Origin: Syntrophomonas sp.
GTDB taxonomy: Bacteria > Bacillota > Syntrophomonadia > Syntrophomonadales > Syntrophomonadaceae
Reading direction: 5' to 3'
DNA: 64,000 nucleotides
Assembly: GCA_028693695.1 (NCBI GenBank)
Contig: JAQUUV010000001.1
Span: 959-64,958 of the forward strand
Each line of letters starts with the position of its first letter. Within the stretch, counting starts at the first letter, position 1. A program made the position numbers and the translations under genes. The notes under the pieces are model-generated. The model was not told the DNA's origin and did not search any database. It worked only from the letters and a program-made list of their open reading frames with translations. Shown in pieces: positions 19,991 through 29,933 of the stretch.

Positions 19991-21059
19991 CTAAATTGTG
20001 AGCCTGAAAAGGTCAAGCAACTGCTGGTTGTCCATTTCGGTTATCCAGGATTCGTTCAGGTCAGGAATGATTTCCTGAGTCATTTTGATTTTTTCCTCTA
20101 TCATAAGGTCAATTTTCTCTTCAATTGTACCCCTGGTTATGAACTTATGCACCAAGACATTCTTCTTCTGACCGATCAGGAAGGCTCTATCTGTGGCCTG
20201 GTTTTCCACCGCTGGATTCCACCAGCGGTCAAAGTGGATGACATGGTTGGCAGCGGTAAGGTTTAAGCCTACCCCGCCGGCTTTGATGGATAATATCATA
20301 AATGGCACATATTCCGGACCCTGAAATTTGGCTACAATATCTTTTCGTTTAGCCACCGGGGTTTGACCATGCAGGACCAGGCCCTCATGGTGGAACACAG
20401 TTTGCAGAAAGTCAGCCAGATGATTGGTAATTTCTCTAAACTGGGTAAACACGATAACCCGTTCCCTTTTGGCATAGATGGTTTCGCATATTTCCCGCTC
20501 TCATTAGCCAGGTATGCAGCCTGGCCCAGGTACTGGTCAGGATGGTTGCAGATCTGCTTGAATTTCATCAGTGAGGCCAAGACCAGCCCTTTTCTTTCGA
20601 TTCCGTCGCTGGTTTCCAGCTTTCTTTGCAAATCTTTTACCAGTGACATATATAGAGCAGCCTGTTTTTTACTAAGGATGGCGTAGCTTTTCATTTCTAT
20701 TTTCTCGGGCAGATCAGCTATGATACTTTTGTCGCTTTTTAAGCGGCGCAAAATAAAAGGTGAGTCACTACGGCTTGCTCGCGCAGCAGCTCCAGACCTG
20801 GAGTTCTAATCAGATTCTTAACGAAGGTCGCTGTCACCTTATATAAGTATTGCATTGATTCGGAAAGATCATGGTTGATTTTTGATACTCCTAGCGACCA
20901 CCAGGCGTAAGCACCGTCTGCTATATATTCTGCATAGAAATTTTCTTGCCATTCTTCAGCAGCCTGAGGTATACCTTGGGCAAGATATTGCCAATCCAGT
21001 GCATATCTTCCGTCAGGCTGGATGATAGCAATCAATTCCCGCTCTATATTTTCGTTCAT
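19991..21059 (-). pseudogene. SNF2-family helicase, frameshifted and internally deleted
   Basis: Three ORFs in different frames: an N-terminal piece (20739..21059), a linker (KQICNHPDQYL; 20332..20751) and the helicase C domain (GGVGLNLTAANHVIHFDRWWNPAVENQATDRA; 19991..20452). The Walker A/DEAH ATPase core is missing. Confidence 0.75.
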
Positions 21060-21082
21060 TTGCGGCCATCCTTCTCCTGTAA

Positions 21083-21283
21083 TTAAATATATTCGCTTAA
21101 AATAATGGTTGGCAAATATGAGCTGGCTTTTTGTATTAAACAGATATCATTTCCCAGTAACAGGTCACAGTGAGCATTAATTGCTGTGGCCACAATCATT
21201 GCATCCGGCAGCCGCAAACCCGATTCAGCCCTAATTTTCGCAGCCTGACGGCTGGTTTTCTTATCTATATTGTTATCCATCAA
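21083..21283 (-). pseudogene. PIN-domain (VapC-like) C-terminal fragment
   Basis: LRLPDAMIVATAINAHCDLLLGNDICL resembles the C-terminal PIN motif. The N-terminal half is absent. Confidence 0.4.
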
Positions 21284-21376
21284 ACATCATCCTTCTTTAT
21301 TTTCTGTAATGCTCCTTTATAACTTAATATAATTTATAGTATCTGTTAATCCTAGCGTTTACAATATAGAAAAGGA

Positions 21377-21787
21377 GTGATAGCTTTGGTACATAAAGTA
21401 CAACTACGCACAAGCAAGCATGATCAGATGATTGATATCACCGATCAAGTCCGAAGTATAATTACGCAAAATGAAATAGCGGAAGGAATAGCCTTGGTTT
21501 ATTGTCCGCATACAACTGCAGCAATTACAATTAATGAAAATGCCGATCCGGATGTAGTTCATGACATGTTAATGACCTTGAATAAGGTATATCCCTGGAC
21601 ATGCCCGGATTATCGCCATGGTGAAGGGAATTCAGCGGCTCATTTGAAAGCCAGTACTATTGGCTGCAGTCAACTTATACCTATAACCAACGGCAACCTG
21701 TTATTAGGAACATGGCAGGGAATATATTTCTGTGAATTTGATGGACCGCGCCAACGGTCTTTCTACCTGAAACTGCAAAAAGACTAG
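21377..21787 (+). CDS. YjbQ/UPF0047-family protein
   Basis: CPHTTAAITINENADPDVVHD..HGEGNSAAHLKAS..GTWQGIYFCEFDGPR are family signatures. Confidence 0.85.
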   Translation: MIALVHKVQLRTSKHDQMIDITDQVRSIITQNEIAEGIALVYCPHTTAAITINENADPDVVHDMLMTLNKVYPWTCPDYRHGEGNSAAHLKASTIGCSQLIPITNGNLLLGTWQGIYFCEFDGPRQRSFYLKLQKD

Positions 21788-21824
21788 TGTAGTACTTTTA
21801 GTTACAAAATATATTTCTTAAGGA

Positions 21825-22664
21825 GTGCTTATGAAGAATAATTACAGCGTGGGTCAGGCATCCTCTGCGAGTAACCTAACAACGAAGACCACTATTTTCT
21901 ATTTTTCCGGTACCGGTAATTCTTTGTGGGCAGCCCGGGCCTTGGCCCGCGAACTAGGCAATACAGAAATTATCTCCATGGTAGATTGGGATGTTAACCG
22001 GCACAATATCGATTCGCAGCTGATTGGCCTGGTATTTCCGGTACATATTTGGGGTGTACCGAAACGGGTTTTGGAATTTCTGGACCAATTGCCAGCAATG
22101 TCCCCAGAGTATATCTTTGCTGTTGCTAACAATGCCGGGCAAGTATCTAATACCCTGGTCCAATTGCATAAGGTTATGAAAACCAAGGGTTTAGTCCTAT
22201 CCAGCGGATGGTCGGTCGTTATGCCTTCGAATTATATCCCCTGGGGAGGTCCGGGTTCCTCGGAAAAACAAAATGAACTTTTTGCGGAGGCTCGTATAAA
22301 GATATCTAATATTGTGCGGGAAATTAGTCTTAGAGTTAAAATGCCAGTGGAGAAAGGACCTCTCTGGCAAAGAATCGTTTTTACCTGGCTATATAAACTT
22401 AGTTTTCCCCATATTCCTAAGATGGATGAAAAGTTCTGGGTTGATCAGCGATGCAATCAATGCGGGCTGTGTATCCAGCTCTGTCCTAGTAAAAATATTA
22501 TCATGCAGGATGAGAAACTGGTCTGGCAAAATCACTGCGAGCAATGTTTGGCATGTATACAATGGTGCCCCCAAGAGGCCTTGCAATACGGCAAAAAAAC
22601 ACCAGCCTATTCGCGTTATCACCATCCGGAGGTTAAGGTCAAGGATTTATTGAAGATTAATTAG
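21825..22664 (+). CDS. Flavodoxin-like / 2x[4Fe-4S] ferredoxin fusion protein (EFR1-like)
   Basis: Flavodoxin-type N-terminus IFYFSGTGNSLWAA. Two cluster motifs, CNQCGLCIQLCP and CEQCLACIQWCP. Confidence 0.75.
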   Translation: MLMKNNYSVGQASSASNLTTKTTIFYFSGTGNSLWAARALARELGNTEIISMVDWDVNRHNIDSQLIGLVFPVHIWGVPKRVLEFLDQLPAMSPEYIFAVANNAGQVSNTLVQLHKVMKTKGLVLSSGWSVVMPSNYIPWGGPGSSEKQNELFAEARIKISNIVREISLRVKMPVEKGPLWQRIVFTWLYKLSFPHIPKMDEKFWVDQRCNQCGLCIQLCPSKNIIMQDEKLVWQNHCEQCLACIQWCPQEALQYGKKTPAYSRYHHPEVKVKDLLKIN

Positions 22665-22728
22665 AACGCCTTCAGTTGCGATCTGAATATTTGCCGATAG
22701 TCTCCAAGGCATAGGCTATAATTGTCAA

Positions 22729-22774
22729 CAGGCTTACCGAGCAGTATCTTTACTGACCGGTAAGCCTGTTTTTA
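22729..22774 (+). terminator. Rho-independent terminator
   Basis: 11-bp stem CAGGCTTACCG/CGGTAAGCCTG followed by TTTTTA. Confidence 0.7.
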
Positions 22775-22786
22775 TGCCAATGTTAC

Positions 22787-22932
22787 TTAGATCTTTTCTA
22801 TCTTGGCGGCTGATACTTTATATTCAGGTATCTTGGCTACCGGGTCGAGACATTTGGCTTGGGTTAAGACATTGGCCGCAGCCTCAGCAAAATGGAAGAA
22901 GGTGAAAACAACACCATCTGGAATCATCTCGG
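22787..22932 (-). pseudogene. fdhA 3'-end fragment, copy A (last ~48 codons plus stop)
   Basis: Near-identical to 41765..41910. Homology also covers about 10 nt beyond the stop (CCAATGTTAC) and breaks after ..GGAATCATCTCGG. Confidence 0.9.
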
Positions 22933-23232
22933 AAATATGCTTTTTAACATGACCAGAAGATTCCAGTGCTCTTAAAATAAAACAAATCTGCCTAAATCGA
23001 CATGTGATGTGCTAAAATTTTAATTAGGAGTTTTCTTATCTGTCGATAGACAGACACCTTCTTGATTACCGGGAAATGACTAAGCAGTAGGTGTAGGAGA
23101 TACAATCGAATACATATACCAGGACTTCGAGTTTTGGATCCTAAAGGCTATGCCCACGGAGATAAAACCAATTAGTTTGCTGAGAAATCGGCAAGTTTTC
23201 CGTATTTGAGAAGAAGGCCATTATAACCGTTT

Positions 23233-23280
23233 ATCAAAAAGATAGGCATGTGTTTTTTGGCGCATGCCTATCTTTTTGAT
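23233..23280. terminator. 18-bp perfect palindrome (bidirectional terminator-like)
   Basis: ATCAAAAAGATAGGCATG-N12-CATGCCTATCTTTTTGAT, with T-runs on both strands. Confidence 0.5.
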
Positions 23281-23426
23281 AAAAATCATATTTTATCGAA
23301 TGGAGATCAAACAGACTTCAAGTCTCAGGGTTTTTACCCCGCAGCCAAGTGGTGGGCAACTGGCCGGAGGATACTAAATAAATATCCCCAAAGGATAAAT
23401 AAATTAAATTTATAAGGAGAATCATT

Positions 23427-24263
23427 ATGAAAGGACTTTTGAATTGGGAAGCAATCCATAAACTGACGCATGATAATTTGTCTAAAATGAATGAATCTGA
23501 TCAAAAAGAGATGTGGGGCCGTTCGGCTGAGATGTATGACTTCATGGCCAAGCTGGAAAAGGAGCATACCCAAAACCAAGTAAGTAAAATGATCTTGGAT
23601 TTCAATGATACCGTGGTGGATATTGGTTGCGGACCTGGAAGGCTGACAGTCCCCGTCGCCAAAAGAGTAAAAAGTGTAACCGCTGTGGATATTTCCACGA
23701 AAATGCTGGACAAGTGCATCACCAATGCTAAGGCAGAAGGATTAAACAATGTTGTTCCTCTAGAACTCAATTGGATGGAGAAAGGTGCGGAAAAGACAGT
23801 TGGGATGCATGACATTGCCATTGCTTCACGTTCGGTGGGTTTTTCCGATATCGTCAAACTAAACAACATTGCCAGAAAATATGTATTTGTTTTAAGCTGG
23901 GCAAATGCCCCCAGTCTGCGGGAAATTCAGTTGAGCTTCTTGGAGGGAATTACGGAAGATAAAGTACCTTCTGGAGCAAGCAATAGAATGTTTGGCTATA
24001 ACGTTATTTTTAATCTTCTTTATGATATGGGGATTGAGCCCAACGTAGTAATTGTCGAAGATGGGTTCAGTCGGGAATATGAAACAAAAGAACAAGCTTA
24101 TGAAGACTTGCACTCTATAGGAGAAATCCCTAAGGATAAGGAAATGCAGTTTCGAAGCAACATCGATAAGTATTTAACAGAAAAGCCTGCAGGAGGTTTC
24201 CTTCTACTAAGAAAAACGAAAACCTTTGTCATGTGGTGGAAGCCTCAAGTACTGGATATTTAA
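23427..24263 (+). CDS. Class I SAM-dependent methyltransferase (cassette 1)
   Basis: Motif I VVDIGCGPGRLTVPVA. Paralog of 28236..29114 (shared LLNW.., ELNW/HLNW, GYNVIFNLLYDMG/GFNVPFNILYDLG). AAGGAGA RBS. Confidence 0.85.
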   Translation: MKGLLNWEAIHKLTHDNLSKMNESDQKEMWGRSAEMYDFMAKLEKEHTQNQVSKMILDFNDTVVDIGCGPGRLTVPVAKRVKSVTAVDISTKMLDKCITNAKAEGLNNVVPLELNWMEKGAEKTVGMHDIAIASRSVGFSDIVKLNNIARKYVFVLSWANAPSLREIQLSFLEGITEDKVPSGASNRMFGYNVIFNLLYDMGIEPNVVIVEDGFSREYETKEQAYEDLHSIGEIPKDKEMQFRSNIDKYLTEKPAGGFLLLRKTKTFVMWWKPQVLDI

Positions 24264-24387
24264 GTGCTGTGCGTGAGGAATACTTATGTAGTTCTATGTG
24301 TCTTTTAGGACAACAAATTGTTAAGCGTCATTTTTTAGAAATACCCATATTATCTAGGGAATAACCGGTGAAGATAGGATTGATTAA

Positions 24388-25488
24388 ATGCAGCAGGAGA
24401 TAAAACCCGAGGACCCGCTCAAATTAACCTCTAATAAATATGGTGTGACTGATAATACTGTTAATAAGAGCGAGAGCCGAGACCGATACATATTGCTTAG
24501 CCTCGGCATCCTGCTTATCGTAACCGTGCTCATTTCGCTGGTTATAGGGCGATATGGAATCTCACTCCATCAGATGCTGGATATCATTCAATCGTGGATT
24601 ACCGGTAAGGAAAACCCCAACAACCACGAGGCGGAGGTCGTTATTTCAATCATTCGTGTTCCCCGTATTCTGCTCGCTATCCTGGTTGGGGCTGCGCTGT
24701 CGGCTTCGGGAGCCGCCTACCAGGGGCTGTTTAAAAACCCGATGGTATCGCCCGATTTATTGGGAGTATCTGCTGGTGCGGGGGTAGGTGCCTCCATAGC
24801 TCTTTTATTGTCCTTTAGTTATTTAGGGGTTCAACTAATGGCGTTTGTGTTCGGGTTGGGAGCGGTTTTTTTGGTACTTGGACTTAGCTCCGCCATCGGC
24901 CGGGGAAACGGCTCCCTGCTTATCATGGTATTGGCTGGAACAGTTATATCAGCGCTGTTCGCCTCTTTCACCTCCCTGGCAAAATACCTGGCCGATGCAG
25001 ATGCCAAACTTCCAGAGCTTACCTTTTGGCTGATGGGAAGCTTCGCAAAGTCAGGCAGCTATAAGAATGTTCTGGTTCTTCTCATCATTATGCTGATTAC
25101 GGGCTTGCCGCTCTTCCTCCTTCGCTGGAAGATCAATGTGCTTTCCTTTGGCGAGGAGGAAGCACAGGCAATGGGTGTGAATACCAAAAGGCTCACCATT
25201 ATTATTATACTTTGCTCTACCATGTTGACAGCCTCGTCAGTCGCGCTGTGCGGGATGATCAGCTGGGTGGGATTAATCATGCCGCATATCGCCAGGCTTC
25301 TGGTCGGCCCTAACTACAAGTCGCTGCTGCCCACCGCAATGCTGGGTGGTTCAGTATTTATGCTGGCGGTGGACAACATTGCACGGTCGCTCATTGCGGG
25401 AGAGATTCCCATTGGGGTGCTTACCTCGATGATAGGTGCTCCCATTTTTATCTATCTATTGTTTAAAGGAAGGAGAAGTTGGGTATGA
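24388..25488 (+). CDS. FecCD/BtuC-family ABC permease (cassette 1)
   Basis: 366 aa, multi-pass. GAALSASGAAYQGLFKNPMVSPDLLGVSAGAG and GAPIFIYLL are family motifs. Confidence 0.9.
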   Translation: MQQEIKPEDPLKLTSNKYGVTDNTVNKSESRDRYILLSLGILLIVTVLISLVIGRYGISLHQMLDIIQSWITGKENPNNHEAEVVISIIRVPRILLAILVGAALSASGAAYQGLFKNPMVSPDLLGVSAGAGVGASIALLLSFSYLGVQLMAFVFGLGAVFLVLGLSSAIGRGNGSLLIMVLAGTVISALFASFTSLAKYLADADAKLPELTFWLMGSFAKSGSYKNVLVLLIIMLITGLPLFLLRWKINVLSFGEEEAQAMGVNTKRLTIIIILCSTMLTASSVALCGMISWVGLIMPHIARLLVGPNYKSLLPTAMLGGSVFMLAVDNIARSLIAGEIPIGVLTSMIGAPIFIYLLFKGRRSWV

Positions 25489-26282
25489 AGCTGGAAATTC
25501 GCAATGTCGTTTGCGGCTATGGCTTCAAGACGGTGGTGAACGATTTCAGCGCTACGGTCAGCTCGGGGGAGATTCTTTGCCTGCTCGGGCCCAACGGCGT
25601 AGGAAAAACCACGCTCTTTAAAAGCGTTCTGGGCTTTTTAAAGCTGCAGGGCGGAGCGGTACTCGTTGACGGGCTGGATGTGAGAAATCTATCGAAAAAA
25701 GCATTTGCACAAGTGCTGGGATATGTGCCGCAAGCACATGTACCGCCCTTCCCCTTTACGGTGAGGGATGTGGTCGTCATGGGCAGAAGCTCATACCTCG
25801 GGGCGTTTGGCACCCCCGGGAAGCATGATATTGAGGTGGCCGAAAGCTGCTTGGAAAGCCTGGGCGTGTCGTTTTTAGCGAACCGCGTCTATACCGAGCT
25901 TAGCGGAGGGGAGCGGCAGATGGTGCTGATTGCCCGCGCTCTTACGCAGGAGCCCGCCTTTATCATGATGGACGAGCCCACCTCTAATCTGGATTTCGGC
26001 AACCAGGTTCGGGTGCTGAGGCATATCAGCAAGCTCGCCCAAGATGGGTTGGGCATAATTATGACAACCCATTTTCCTGACCATGCTTTTCAGTGCCACT
26101 GCAAGGTGGCCTTAATGCAAAGAAACGATGTTTTCATCTTCGGCTCCGCAGAAGAGGTCGTCACCGAAAAAAACCTTTACGATGCCTATGGCATCGAGGT
26201 GAAGGTGAAAGATACCCATTTTGAATACTTTACCATTCGTTCCTGCATGCCCATTATTGAAGAGACCGATTCTTCCCCGTAG
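25485..26282 (+). CDS. ABC ATP-binding protein (cassette 1)
   Basis: ATGA overlap with the permease stop. [27 protein letters not shown]. Confidence 0.9.
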   Translation: MKLEIRNVVCGYGFKTVVNDFSATVSSGEILCLLGPNGVGKTTLFKSVLGFLKLQGGAVLVDGLDVRNLSKKAFAQVLGYVPQAHVPPFPFTVRDVVVMGRSSYLGAFGTPGKHDIEVAESCLESLGVSFLANRVYTELSGGERQMVLIARALTQEPAFIMMDEPTSNLDFGNQVRVLRHISKLAQDGLGIIMTTHFPDHAFQCHCKVALMQRNDVFIFGSAEEVVTEKNLYDAYGIEVKVKDTHFEYFTIRSCMPIIEETDSSP

Positions 26283-26337
26283 TTTCCACCATCCGGCGTT
26301 TACATATAAACTCAAACAAAAACAAGGAGGAGTTATC

Positions 26338-27438
26338 ATGAGAAAATTATTTAAGACGCTAAGAGTCTCAAAAATCATTGTGGCCATATTTATGATTTCG
26401 TGTTTGCTGCTGACGGGCTGTTCAGGTACAAAATCGGGTAACACAGCACCTGCAACCAGGGTTGTTCAAGATGGCAGCGGCAAGGATGTGACCATCCCGG
26501 CTACGGTTTCCCGTGTTGCACCGGGTATTGGTGCATTTGCTCAGATGACCGAGATGCTCGGAGGCAAAGGCACAATTGTTGCTTCCGTTACTACTCTTTC
26601 CGATGAGTTTAAGAAAGTCTTCCCCGATTTTCTTCAGAGCAACCCCAATGGCAGAAATTCAGCCAATATTGAGGATATCATTGCTGCCAAAGCGCAGGTG
26701 GTGTATGGCCCAACCTACACCGATGAGCAGATAGCGCAGCTCAAGGCAGCGGGCATTGCGGTTGTACCAATAAAAGCCTTCTCCACAGTGGAGGAGATGA
26801 AGAAGGATGTTCTGATTATAGCCAGCATCCTCGGTGGAGACGCACCGGCAAAGGCCGCCAAGTTCAACGCATATTATGATGGCAATATAAAATATGTTCA
26901 GGATAAAACAAGCAGTCTGAAGGATGCGGATAAGGTTAAAATCCTATCCCTCAACTACAGTGCCGGCAACTACTCAACCATTAACTCCACCGACATTGGC
27001 TCCGTTTATATGGTTGCAGCCGGTGGTATAAACGCGGCTGCCAGTTATACAGGTCTGGCGGGCAGCACCACAGGAACAACCATGAATGTAAACACTGAGC
27101 AGATTGTAAAATGGGCACCGGATGTAATCATTACAAGCAGTAAAGCCAGCCAGGCCCAGATACTTAAAGAAGCCACCCTTGCAACGGTACCGGCTATTAA
27201 GAATAAAAAAGTATATGTTGTTCCTACCGGAACTTATCTGTGGTCGGTTCGCAGCGGAGAAGGCGCCTTGCAGCCACTGTGGCTGGCAAAGACGATGTAT
27301 CCCGATATCTTTAGCGATCTGGATATGTCCGCCAAGGTAAAAGATTTTTATGAAACCTTCTATGGCTATAATATTCAGCCGGATGAGATCAAAGCAATTC
27401 TAAATGGCGATCTCGCCATGACCACGTTAACAAGATAG
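26338..27438 (+). CDS. Periplasmic-binding-protein (siderophore/heme/B12 class) lipoprotein (cassette 1)
   Basis: Start at the ATG behind GGAGGAG. Lipobox LLTGC. The C-terminal YLWSVRSGEGALQPLWLAKTMYPDIF is typical of Peripla_BP_2 proteins. Confidence 0.85.
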   Translation: MRKLFKTLRVSKIIVAIFMISCLLLTGCSGTKSGNTAPATRVVQDGSGKDVTIPATVSRVAPGIGAFAQMTEMLGGKGTIVASVTTLSDEFKKVFPDFLQSNPNGRNSANIEDIIAAKAQVVYGPTYTDEQIAQLKAAGIAVVPIKAFSTVEEMKKDVLIIASILGGDAPAKAAKFNAYYDGNIKYVQDKTSSLKDADKVKILSLNYSAGNYSTINSTDIGSVYMVAAGGINAAASYTGLAGSTTGTTMNVNTEQIVKWAPDVIITSSKASQAQILKEATLATVPAIKNKKVYVVPTGTYLWSVRSGEGALQPLWLAKTMYPDIFSDLDMSAKVKDFYETFYGYNIQPDEIKAILNGDLAMTTLTR

Positions 27439-27513
27439 CTCAGGATAACGAGCTTATTAAGCAGCTTGTTGTGTATAAAATTTAAACTGCAGAGCTCCTT
27501 CTCCGCCAAGTTA

Positions 27514-27560
27514 AAGGGGCCGCAACGAAACTTAGGTTTTGTTACGGCCCCTTCTTTTAC
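27514..27560 (+). terminator. Rho-independent terminator
   Basis: AGGGGCCGCAAC..GTTACGGCCCCT stem followed by TCTTTTACTTTT. Confidence 0.6.
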
Positions 27561-27581
27561 TTTTGGAATTGCTCCTATTAC

Positions 27582-27779
27582 TTAGATCTTTTCTATCCTG
27601 GCGGCTGATACTTTATATTCAGGTATCTTGGCTACCGGGTCGAGACATTTGGCTTGGGTTAAGACATTGGCCGCAGCCTCAGCAAAATGGAAGAAAGTGA
27701 AAACAACACCATCTGGAATCATCTCGGTAACACGAGCTTTAACCTCAATGTAACCTCGACGGGTAATGAGTTTCACCAA
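27582..27779 (-). pseudogene. fdhA 3'-end fragment, copy B (last 65 codons)
   Basis: [65 protein letters not shown] is identical to the fdhA C-terminus (41765..). It is fused head-on to the SIR2-like fragment at about 27778. Confidence 0.9.
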
Positions 27780-28136
27780 ACGTCCCAGGCATTAAACGAA
27801 ATCATCTGCAATCTAATCATAAAATATAATGACTGCACCATGGAAGATCTGGAAGGTATATTTCCATTATCGCGAAAGCTTTTTGACACTGTTCCCCATT
27901 CGGAGATCCGCTCATTTAATCTTGATTACCTGACGGAAATTGAAGTGGAACCATATAAACACGACTTTTTAAACGTTGATGACTGGCCCCGGACCTATAC
28001 CTTTAACGATGACAACGCCATTGAAAGCAATGGCAATTTTTAGGCGCTGGCACCCTATTATAATTACAAAAATTATGTTATCACGCGAAAAACCGTATAT
28101 AAACTGTATGGTGATGCATATACAGAAGCGATGTTG
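27779..28136 (+). pseudogene. Internal fragment of the SIR2-like gene (copy of 37437..37795), with an in-frame stop
   Basis: TSQALNEIICNLIIKYNDCTMEDLEGIFPLSRKLFDTVP.. is almost identical to the paralog at 37306..38145. There is a stop after ..AIESNGNF. Homology continues to ..YKLYGDAYTEAM. Confidence 0.85.
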
Positions 28137-28235
28137 AAACTTAAATTTTGGCAGTGTCAAGAATTTTTCCATATTAATTTTTGGGAGCAACCTCAAGTGT
28201 CCTTTTTGAACATATTGGGGTAAAAAAGACCATAT

Positions 28236-29114
28236 CTATTTGTCGATGGAGTTCCAGTCCAATTCATTGGGATTCCATCCCAGAACGCTCATCTGCGTTT
28301 TGGTAATGTAGCGTACGCGACCGTTTTCCAACTCAACAATGCGTTTATCCACATTTTTGCGAAACATATCTTCTTTGCCGGGGATAATTTTACCAAAGTC
28401 CGAAAGGTAGTCATAGATATCTTCGCGGGTTGCGCCCTCATATTCCCAGCCACCCTCAACATAGTTAAGGGTCGGGTTTGCACCAAGATCGTATAATATG
28501 TTGAAAGGAACGTTGAATCCCAACGCTCTATTGTCATGTGATGTAGTACTTAATTTCTTAAATTTCTCTGTGAAATCGCCCTGCCATTCGTCAGATGCCC
28601 CTGCAAATATTTCCGCCATGACATGTCTGTAGGCCAGAGGCCGACTAAAGGTTATCGAATAGCAGTGCTTTGTCGCTGCTCGGCTCAGTTTCACAATATC
28701 CGCCTGTGCAGGCGAGATACATGCAACAACGATATCATGCTTGGGAAAGTCTATACCGGGTGTAGATTTATGCCAATTTAAATGCAGCGTCTCTACATTT
28801 GTCAAGCCCTCTTCCCTTGCGTTTTTTGCGCAGTACGCCAACATATTTTCGCCTGCATCCATTCCAGTTACGCGCTTCACACGCTTTGCAATGGGCAGCG
28901 TTAGGCGGCCTGCGCCGCAGCATGCGTCAAGCACGGTATCCTCGGGAGAAAGATTGAGCGCGTTGACTTGTTTTTCAGTAAATTTCTTTTCAAACCCTCT
29001 CCGTCTGTCCCAGCTGTCCGCAGTAGTATCCCAATGTGCCGTTGATTCGTCGTCCATGGAAGTTGCCCAACCTGTCATTTTTTCCAGCATGCGCCAGTTT
29101 AGTAGTCCTTCCAT
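28236..29114 (-). CDS. Class I SAM-dependent methyltransferase (cassette 2)
   Basis: Motif I VLDACCGAGRLTLPIA. Start at the ATG at 29114, behind a GGACGGAG RBS. Confidence 0.85.
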   Translation of the reverse strand: MEGLLNWRMLEKMTGWATSMDDESTAHWDTTADSWDRRRGFEKKFTEKQVNALNLSPEDTVLDACCGAGRLTLPIAKRVKRVTGMDAGENMLAYCAKNAREEGLTNVETLHLNWHKSTPGIDFPKHDIVVACISPAQADIVKLSRAATKHCYSITFSRPLAYRHVMAEIFAGASDEWQGDFTEKFKKLSTTSHDNRALGFNVPFNILYDLGANPTLNYVEGGWEYEGATREDIYDYLSDFGKIIPGKEDMFRKNVDKRIVELENGRVRYITKTQMSVLGWNPNELDWNSIDK

Positions 29115-29153
29115 TATATTACTCCGTCCTTTCTTACATATCTGCACCGCTTT

Positions 29154-29933
29154 TTATAGCTTGGCAATGCAAACATTTCGTCCAACTTTTTCAACATGTT
29201 CAATTTTAACATCGATCTGATAAACCGATGAAAGCATTTCCTCTGTAATGGCGTCTTTAGACAAACCTACTGTTAAGTGCCCACTTCTATCAAGAACGCC
29301 CACGGTATCTTCCAACATGATGGCATGATCGGGGTTATGCGTTGTCATAATAATGGCGAACCCCCGTTTTGACAGGTCTTTGATCATGCGGATCGTCTTG
29401 AGCTGGTTCCCAAAATCCAACGCAGAGGTTGGTTCGTCCATTATAATTATCTTGGGCTCCTGCACTATGGCGCGAGCAATCATCGCTTGCTGGCGCTCGC
29501 CGCCGCTGATATCTGTATACGGACGGTCTGCCAGATGTGCGATTCCCATCGACTCAATTGCGGCATTTGTCTTGACAAAGTCCTCATTGCTGGGCATTCG
29601 ATAGATGCTAATATAGGGTGCCCGCCCCATAACGACAAAATCGCGTACAGAATATCCATAGGTGGCATTGTGTGTCTGTGGCACATAGCCGATGTTTTTA
29701 GCAATCGTTTTTCTATCCAATTCTTTAATCAGCTTGCCATCGATAAAAATCTCACCCGTATTGAGCTGCAGGAGGTTTGTGATACAATTTAAGAGCGTGG
29801 ACTTCCCTGCGCCGTTTGGCCCTATTATGGAAAATATCTGCCCTTCTTCTATTGTAAAGTTAACATTTCCAAACACTTCATGGCCATCCAGGTAAGAAAA
29901 CCCAGCGTTTTTCACTTTCATTAAAACGTTCAT
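29154..29933 (-). CDS. ABC ATP-binding protein (cassette 2)
   Basis: GPNGAGKST, ISGGERQ, IIMDEPTSALD. 4-bp overlap with the permease gene. Confidence 0.9.
   Translation of the reverse strand: MNVLMKVKNAGFSYLDGHEVFGNVNFTIEEGQIFSIIGPNGAGKSTLLNCITNLLQLNTGEIFIDGKLIKELDRKTIAKNIGYVPQTHNATYGYSVRDFVVMGRAPYISIYRMPSNEDFVKTNAAIESMGIAHLADRPYTDISGGERQQAMIARAIVQEPKIIIMDEPTSALDFGNQLKTIRMIKDLSKRGFAIIMTTHNPDHAIMLEDTVGVLDRSGHLTVGLSKDAITEEMLSSVYQIDVKIEHVEKVGRNVCIAKL

Noticed and set aside
22933-23426. A fourth Moco-like riboswitch in front of importer cassette 1
   Set aside because: No GCCTCCC..GGAAAGG pair or CCGAGCC block is present. There is only a GGGAAAT and an ACACCT/AGGTGT stem, which is not enough to call any known riboswitch.
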